DNA of 64,000 bases from Spongospora subterranea f. sp. subterranea (taxonomy: Eukaryota). Both the position numbers and the translations under genes were made by a program. Location: assembly GCA_049724395.1 (NCBI GenBank), contig JAUGWO010000103.1, positions 1 to 64,000 of the forward strand, given 5' to 3'. The notes under the pieces were generated by a model. The model saw nothing but the letters and a program-made list of their open reading frames with translations, ran no database searches and had not been told where the DNA came from. Of this stretch, positions 51,211 through 64,000 are shown one piece after another. Within the stretch, counting starts at the first letter, position 1. Each line of letters starts with the position of its first letter.

Positions 51211-51400
51211 TTCGCCTCAGGTAGAATTCACCCAGCTTTGGCTCTCCAAGCGGCAAACACCATTGAAAAAAGTGGTCAAGTTCCCATCCGATGACTTGAC
51301 CGTCAAGCGTGAAATTCACCAATGTCGTGAGACCATTGCCCAGAAACCCCACCGAATTCCAAATGCATATCTGAAACTTCACGATGGCAGATACTTACTG
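51211..51400 (+). pseudogene. Inverted partial copy of the dynamin gene (49229-49414)
   Basis: SPQVEFTQLW...VVKFPSDDLTVKREIHQC, with frameshifts. Confidence 0.92.
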
Positions 51401-53034
51401 TGTCAACCGGATCACAAAGGGCAAAGTTGACAGCAATTTCAATCACGTACACTTTAAAGTCGGGTTCTTCCTGGTAACGACTAACGACTTCTTCGAAACC
51501 ATTTTCGCTATCAAAGGCATCGTCCTCTGCAAAAAAACGTCATTTAATGAACGATCAAGCAGTGACTTAACAAATAGTACCAGAAATGGAATGCTGAATA
51601 TCGACACTTCTGCGACGGCAAAACTCAAGAAATCCAGCAGGTCCCAGGCCCCGAGCAGCTGCTCTGGAAAATAAATAAATTGTACGGTCTGATCTGCTCA
51701 GTTCGGGCAACGTCTTGTTAGCTCAAACTACGAGATTCTGGGATTTTTTATGCTGATTCGTAACAAGGGTCAGAATTCCAACAATCTACCTGAGGAACAG
51801 CTGACACCTACCCATGTTCACCTTAGAATAGTGCAGAATGATGACAACGGAAAAACAATTACGAATGACAAGGGAGGGTCTGCCTCAAGAATTGCACAGA
51901 TCCTGAGAAATACCCATTTCCGTGGGGATCGAAATCAGACCTCGAGACGCTCAGGCAGCATGTGATGCTCACATCGAACTTTTTGTTTGTGTATGGGTTC
52001 AACACATTCGTGGTAGGTCTGTAGTACCCTTATCTACGCTAGGGTCATCCGACGATCGCTCGTCATCCGGGCACAAACCATAAGTTTGCGATAAATTGAG
52101 ATCGATCGTTCACATAAGAAAAATGTTAAAATACTTGAGAGATGCAAACGCGTTCGCACTGAAATGGTGCAGATGGATGACAAGGAAGACACAAAATGCA
52201 ATGACAGGAATTGAGAAACATCAAAGCCAGTTGGTTGCAGACAAATTTCAGTAAAAAGCATCAAACAGAGATATGAGGTGCTTTCAAAGTTCAGAAATTG
52301 GTATTGGTACTTTCAGGGTTTAGAGGTAAAAAGAAATAACAGAATGTGCAAAACGAACTTGGATTAGGCGAATGAGGATCTCGTATTTGGCCTAGAATCC
52401 GTGCCCTGTAATATATGTCATGATCTGAACGTCTTTAGGGATGTAAGAAATCGAGAATGATGGCCTTGTGCCATCATACTATAGTACCTGATGGGTCAGT
52501 TTCTTACTGTGCACATCTCGGGCACGACCGTATGATGGCTATCAGAGGTCGCGAGTTCGATGTCATATACTTCGATGTCGTATATTTTCCCAGAAACATC
52601 ATGTTTCAGGCCGCCCGCTTCGGTTTTCGTTGTTGCTTCGGGGAGTAAGTTCTGGAATACAATAACTCTCCCTACCTTCTCCAACGTTTTCAGACACTTG
52701 ATTTTGCCGCTTTTGTGGTGATGTGAACAGCATTACTAACATAATTGCGATAACTTCCAAGCAGTTGGCCCCATCTTGTTTTCTGTAAGAAACAAAGCGT
52801 TGGAACTCAACTCCGTAAGGCAAATTGGCAATACATTTATTCTGTCTTGGCAACTTGCCAAGTTTTTCGGGATTCTTTGAATGATGAGTCCATTCCGAAA
52901 GAAAGATTCAGCTCTTTACCACGGGAGAGCGGGTTGAAAAACGACCCTGAAACAGGTTGATCGGACCCGGTTTGGTGAAACGGTGAAGGCATAAAAAATG
53001 GTGTGAATTACTTTATAAGCTAGAAACAGGTGAA

Positions 53035-57143
<4,109 letters not shown>

Positions 57144-57814
57144 TACCCCCAAAATCACGGTAATGAGGTTGTGAACGTGCTCGCACTATTTGCACCACCA
57201 ACGGAAGATTTGCGCAACACATAAGGTTGCGCACTCCTTGTCTTGACTCTGAACCCCTGGGCAGGCAGATCGACGAACGGTGATCGATCACTGGTAGACG
57301 CAATCACAACGTCGCAATCGGAACCTTACAGTTGCCTTGAGACACCTGATGGGGATGACGTGAGAATTGCATGGAGATACCAATGGACCACTCTCATTTT
57401 CTTTTGATGGTTTCCTCATTATTTTCGAATATGGATCATCCATAACATAATCAATATCATCCGACTTCGTTTCAATGATCTTTCGCTCAACTTTTCCACT
57501 TTTGCACGTACGGTAACAGGTTTTTTACCCACAACAAGGTGGCGCCATATTGTGCCACTCAATGCGCTAATTTTACTTTGATAATCTTGACAAGATTTTC
57601 ACAACCAGCAGTCTTCGTGTACAAAAAGATTCATTGACCACGTATCCATGATCTTTCGAATACACACTGAATCATCAAGGAATTGGACACGTCGTCAATG
57701 TATCTTCTGTACTAAATGTTTCTGGTTGTCTGATAAGCATTTTGTCAAGATTATTAATGTAAAGCAAAACGTCATCGATATACTTTTGTTGTAAAGGACT
57801 TCTGGTATGCCGCC

Positions 57815-59970
57815 TTGGGGACCGGCGCTGGACTGGTTTCACCCATTCTTAAGGCGAATGACCCGATGACACGCGACTGGGCGCGTTTCAAAACCAGCTT
57901 CAAGGTTTTTTGTGATCCGGATCGGAGACGAACGGCGGAAATCCGATTGGGACACATCCGACAGGGACGACGTTCAGAATCGACATATTGCTGCCGAGTT
58001 TAGGAAACTTGCGGTGGATACCACATGGAACGATGAGACGAAGGCCGACCGTTACCGAATTGGACTGAACGAGGACGTCAAGGACGATCTGGCCCGGGCA
58101 CCGATGCCGACAAGCTTATAGGGACTAATTCTGACTCGATACGGATCGACAACCGCATAGCAGAGCGTCGACAAGAGTGGGTTGCTAGGGGCGACTTCCG
58201 ATACCGTAAATCAACTGGGAGACAGAAGGTAAGCCAAAGAATCGTGACGCCAGCTATGCAGTCTTACCATTGTTGAATGAAAGCCTCAACACCTAAAGAA
58301 ACCGAGCACTGAATACCCAAACAGATATATAGAGTTCGCCTACGTTCTTGAAAATCCACTGCCGAACACGGTTCCCATTCACCGAGATATCGATTGCGCC
58401 ATAAACTTCAAAGACGACGGCGGAACCTTACCAAACAACGAGTCTACAGTCTTCAGTGTGAAAAAAAAGAAGCCCTGCGCGAATACATTCAGGGCCTGCA
58501 AATGGGATTTTACCGTCATTCCCAGTGTGGAGTCCCGATTGTTTTCACAAGCAAGAACGATCAAAGCTTACGATTTTGCTTGATTACAGGGAACTCAGCA
58601 CCTTAACAAAAACAAGCCCTACTCGCTTCCGGGTTGATTGGTCACATCTTATGGCAACTCGGCGAAGCAACGGTCTTCACGAAGATCGATCTTCGCAGGG
58701 CGTAGAACTTGGTATAAAAAAGGGCGAAGAATGGAAGACCGCTCTCAACTTTCCCTTCGAGTGCATGGTCATGCCCTTCGGGTTAATGAACGCACCGGCT
58801 CATGTCCAACGCCTCATGCACGACACGTTCCAAGACTTAGTGCACCTCGGCGATATCCTTAGCTACTCAAGCTCTGCAGAGTCCCATCAGAGGGACTTTC
58901 TCATGAGTGCTACAATGCTCAAGAGAGGCAAAGTTTTGCGCGAAACTGGAGAAGCGTGTATTTGATTCGAAACAAGTCGACTATTTGATTACAGTATTTC
59001 AACGGATGGCCTGAAGATGGATGCGGAGAAAGTCGGAACGATTGATGTGTGGGTATCCGACAAACCTCAAGGGAATACAATGCTTTTTAAAATTTGCGAA
59101 TTTCTATCGCATCTTCATCGCGAACTACTCATCCATATAGTCATGCCCCTAGTAGCACTAACAAAGAAGGACGCTGTAATCAACTGGGTTCCAGAAACGG
59201 AGGCAGCTTTCCAAAGTTTGAAGAACGCATTCGTATCGGCACCAGTACTCGCTCATTATAATCCGACAGCGCCATGCATTTCCAAACGGATGCGTCTGAT
59301 TTTGTGCTGTTCTTTCACAGCCGGATTAAGACAACCACTTGCACGCAATTGCATTCTACACCCGAAAATTCACCGCGTCAGAGATAAATTACGAAACGCA
59401 TGACAAGGAACTGTTGTCCATAGTGGAGTCGTTCCGTCAATGGCGACATTTACTGTAAGGTAGTTCTTACAAGATTCAAGTTTTAGCGACCACAAGAACC
59501 TTACATTGTTCTCGACCAGCAAGATTCCTCAAGAGAAGGCAAGCCAGATGGTCTATGCTTTTATCCGAATGCGATTACGTCATTATCCACAAAGCGGGAG
59601 CACTTTCCGGGGAACCTGACGCATTATCCAGGAAACCAGAGGTCGAAATCACGCCGGACGATGCCGCAAGGGACGCAACAGAATACTTCCCTCATCGATC
59701 CGCACAGGTGTTTGAAGACGAGATTGCGGTTTTTTGCTGGTCGCGTCCTGGACCATCAACCAATGATCGACAAGATTAGGCCTGATCAGGAAGCATTACG
59801 ATTCGTGCAGAAGAACAAAGCTCAGGGTGTCCCTGAACCGTTCTCACTTGAGCAGAGCATTCTACATCATGGGGAATGGCAGTCGTGCCTGGTTTCGATC
59901 CACAGCTGCAGAATTTACAGTCTCGACATGATTCGCCGCTCGCAAGGCATTTCGGTAAGTCCAAGACGTA
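57815..59970 (+). mobile_element. Degenerate Ty3/Gypsy (Tf2-like) gag-pol remnant
   Basis: gag IRQG...AEFRKLA...GLNEDVKD, RT EEWKTA...VMPFGLMNAPA, RNase H DKELLSIV, DHKNL, PDALSR. Confidence 0.88.
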
Positions 59971-61875
59971 CGCCAGCATTATCAGAGCAAGCCAAATCGT
60001 ACAGGTTTGATGTCGCCAATGTCTCCATCGAGCAGTCAACGTATCTAATATTCACCTAATACTAGAGTGCATTCGCGTGAGGTTTTTATCATTTCAGGCA
60101 ATATTCCCCCGTCTTTTCTTCCAATCAGAGCAGGTCGTCAGTTTGATTTGCTCCGCTTTCAAAACCATGCCGCTCTGAAGGATGATGTCTTATCAAGCTC
60201 ATCCGGACACCACAGTAACCATTCCCAATTGTGGCCATTTGACCTCCTGAGGTAGGTAATCGTCCACAAGCTACGTATCGATATCGCAATTCCGATGACA
60301 GTTCGTTTCTTGCGGTGAACCAGCTTGCGCGTTCAGGCTAACCGCCCGCGAATCATCATCTCTGGTATTTTACCAGCAGCATCGACAGTTAACCTGATTT
60401 GTCACATATTTTTACATCGGAAAGTGGGCATGGTCCTCTGCCCATGTTGCTACTCACACTTTTTTCTTAATGTCAAACGCATCACCAACTATTAGACCCC
60501 ATTTGTCACTGTTGCTGATGGTAGAGGGAACCCTTTGCGAGACTATAATTGTCTTGATAAATGACTCTGTGCCCAAAGATCATGTCGGGTATCCGATCAC
60601 AGTAGATGGCCGGCAGGCTTGCCGTCAATTCCTGTCAATTGCACTTCATACCTTATCGAGCCTCGTCGCAACTCGCCGTTTACTTATTATCAAATCAACG
60701 ATGCGTCGCTTCCGGCCAACCCTGACGACACAAGAGAGCCCTATCTACCAGCGCAGGCGCATAAAAAATACCAACGATGTCGAAGATATTCGCAATGAAG
60801 TCAGTAAGAGTTTTCGAAAATTCAGTTAAATTGCTTTCGTGATCAGTTGATTTATTCGAATGATCAATGTAAAAAGTTGGCATGGGAATTGCCGTTCCAG
60901 CGACACAAAGTAAAAAGAGAAACTCGACAAAATTCAACGCATCTCCAAATTGTTTAGAGACAACGAAAATTTTTACAGAGATCCCCCCTTAATGACTAGA
61001 TACAAAATGATTATTAGATATGTGCTGCATAGGAAAATAGGCTAACCAGAACTTCTCTGTCTTAGATTACAATGCTGGAAAAAAACATTCACCATAACGT
61101 AGCTCAACTAGCAGCATTGCAGTCAGCTGCTATGGCGTTACATCGACGGGTGGACGTGCTGGACGAGTCATTTCCGCATTCGATGGCTTCCGGTCAATCA
61201 GCTGGCCGATCCGTTCTGCAATCGCAAGTTCCCCTGATTGAGCTTAATTGCGTTCCGGTCGCGCCACCGCCTTCCGTTTCCGGCCAAGGTCCTGTACCTC
61301 TACCCTATTATTAGACACATTCCCCCTATCAGTCCTGCTTCAACTTCACGCATCATAGCTTGAGGCAACTGCCACTGCATTAATAATATTGAATAAATTG
61401 GAATTATAGTACAGACCCTTCAAATTTGAATATCATGCGAGAAAGACGACCAAGAAGACACTCCAGTAAAAAAAAGAAACAAAACAAACAGAGAGTGATG
61501 CCCTGTTGGCTCGCGGCGAGGTGGAACCGGTCGGATGCTGTCCAGAAGTCGTGATTTCTGATATAATGTAATGGGCTCATTCTTCTATAAAACCTTGGTT
61601 CTGTTCCATTGAAAACTTGCGCTGCGAGTGACGCACTCAGACAAGTCTGAGAACGCGCAAATGCACTTCTCGACTTGAAGGACAACGCACCGATTTGCGA
61701 AATAACTACGCCGAGAAATGGTATTTCAGAAAAATGAGCTACTATTAGTAACATCGCTTCTATTCAAATCGACGAGCTGCAGGGACAAAGAAAAAGGAGG
61801 TACTGACCCACCAGTTGAACGCTTCGGCAAACGAACTGATGGATTCGACATTTGCGATAATTGCCACCGTGCGGT

Positions 61876-63240
61876 TCATGGGTCTTGACGTTTGAGAGCT
61901 TGAACTTGTTTGAATTGATGCCTTGCCAGCGTCAGACCACGTCGAGCCCAAAGATCCATGCTCTTGCCGAACACCGGCCAAAGGCGAGCAGGACGAGATG
62001 GTTCCTCACGTAGTGACATCGAGAACAAATGCCAATCGATTTCCTTTACCTGCAGCCACTTCTGCTCATATTCAGCCAGATGCCGACTGATGTTGCGCTC
62101 AAGGAGTGATATATTTTCCTCAAACTCGTCCCTCATCAAAGGATCGACGTAATCCAAAGTTTTCATTGTCACGATCAATCCCGTTAGCTGCGGAATTGAC
62201 TGCATGAGATTGTTGGAGATTGATGTTAAACTCCCGAAAAAGACTACAGACAATTAGTTCCAAACGCTGAAAAAGGAAAACGACGCAACCATACTGAGAT
62301 ATCTTGTGGATAGTCGGTTCGCCAATGAGTTGAGCTTCCAGTTCCCATTTGCAGATGAGACGGCAGCATTCTTCGCAATAATAATGGGAACGAATTACGA
62401 CGGGGATATGAGATGATTGGGGAAGTATGAAGGACAAGCAGCTGGGGCAAAAATTATCGCCACACCTAAATACACAATCAGCGATGAAATAGGTGCCCCA
62501 CTAAGACCGTGCAAGCTAAACAAGCCAACTGAACAAACAAATGACAATGAAATTAATAACCTTGAATAGATAACTTCTATAAAGCATCAAGAAATATAAA
62601 CCAGGGTCATTGATCGAAGCAGCAAGAGAGCTTTCACTCAAGCACAAATTCCTGTTCTTAATTTTAAACACACATACGCTGGACATGGTCGCGCCGCCGA
62701 ACCGAAAAATGGAGAAAGTTTTTTGCGACATGCAGTGCAGGTATTGTTAATTCTAGAATTTCCTGTGGCCCGCGACAAATTCATGAAAGCACGAACAAAC
62801 GGGTTATCGGTAGAAGACGATGATTTTGGCGACAACTGTAAATCAAATATTAAGGAAGGAACGATAGAACCGTGATTGCAACGAAGCGAAAAACCATAAA
62901 GCAAGCTATCGAAGATCTTGATAAAATAAATTTATGCTTGAAACAGAACATAACACCAAAATAATTTGAAAGATACTCTAAACAACGACTTTTCGAGTGC
63001 GAGCATAGCAGATGGAGTATCACATTAGCACGATGAAGTAACACACTATATATATATATATACCATTAATTGGTTCAACAGCTGTAATTGTTGGTTAGAT
63101 TTGAGACGATCGGGATGGCGGTCACGACGTAAAGAGTCGAATTCAACAGTAAGATTACGTGAAACAAGTGCACGGCTGGGTTGCATATTGACCTCGCTCT
63201 GAACGGATGGATGCTGATACGTCGTGGCGACATTCCCCAT
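61876..63240 (-). CDS. Rabenosyn-5/Vac1-like FYVE-type zinc-finger protein (multi-exon)
   Basis: Splicing by eye gives CTAC-x14-CPACGDNFCPSC-x19-CEEC, preceded by RNLTVEFDSLRRDR and followed by a coiled coil. Confidence 0.6.
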
Positions 63241-64000
63241 ATTCTATCTGGTCCGGTAAGACCAGCTATCGGCCGTTCATCTATTGGTATAGAGACATCA
63301 GGGTCGACTGACCCGTCTTGCACATTCTGGTGAATACCGTGTTTCCAGACTGTTCCAAATTCCAACTACGCAAAAAACAACTTGCGAAAATGGGTCCCAG
63401 TGCAACCCGTCATATTTGCTCGTCCGTCTCGATTGGAAAAATCATCGGTTTCATCAAAAAAATCTGATTTTTAGATTGATTCACCGCGACAAAGTGCGGC
63501 GCTCAACAGTTTGATATATCTTGACATGTCTTCAATGAAACTTGTATATCTTTCCTCATACGTATCGATATCGGTCCGGCACAGCGAAGCAAATAATGAA
63601 TGAATCTATTGTGAGAATGCGACCACAGGATCATCATACTGTAGTCCTTGATCTTCGTACAATCTTTGGAAGGGCCCAAACTTTGCCCTCACAACCTCGT
63701 CTTTTTTTTCTCCCATCTCGCGACTTTGCTCGATACTTAAAATCTGATGATTTTGTTCCATCAGAAAGTAGCGCCGACAAGTCTGGCTGGAAACAGGTCT
63801 CAAATGTGTGACCATCCGTTGGATTGTTCGCATGGATGTTCTAATTGGCCGAGCCAAGGCTGTACGTTAGGTCAGGCCACAGCCGTTGCCGCTTGTTAAA
63901 TGCTGCACAATCTACCTTAGCACAAGTTCAGTTCTGAATCGAAAAAATATAAAAATAGTCTTGAATTAATGGTAAACCTGCAACAGTGGTTATCGATTGC

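Overview
Intron-containing eukaryotic DNA, probably from a fungus-like protist such as a plasmodiophorid or oomycete. This is inferred from short GT-AG introns, a Crinkler-like NTPase and the TE types; the taxon cannot be fixed from sequence. Housekeeping genes (carbonyl-reductase-type SDR, cytochrome P450, glutamine synthetase II, eIF5, bHLH factor, EFG1, MCM7, a rabenosyn-like FYVE protein) alternate with a decayed accessory landscape. That landscape holds a CRN-like pseudogene split by a 47 x 29-bp array, three IFI27/ISG12-like small membrane proteins, Gypsy, Copia, Harbinger and pogo remnants, an intronless Mx-like dynamin next to a ~24 x 84-bp array, and a TIR-bounded pogo element with a second, convergent ORF. 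The most unusual signals are the two-gene pogo element, the 84-bp array carrying an inverted ~24-nt piece of the adjacent dynamin gene, at least seven fold-back (inverted) duplications confined to TE or accessory sequence, and higher-order binary structure in the 29-bp array. Exon boundaries were read by eye and no database searches were run.
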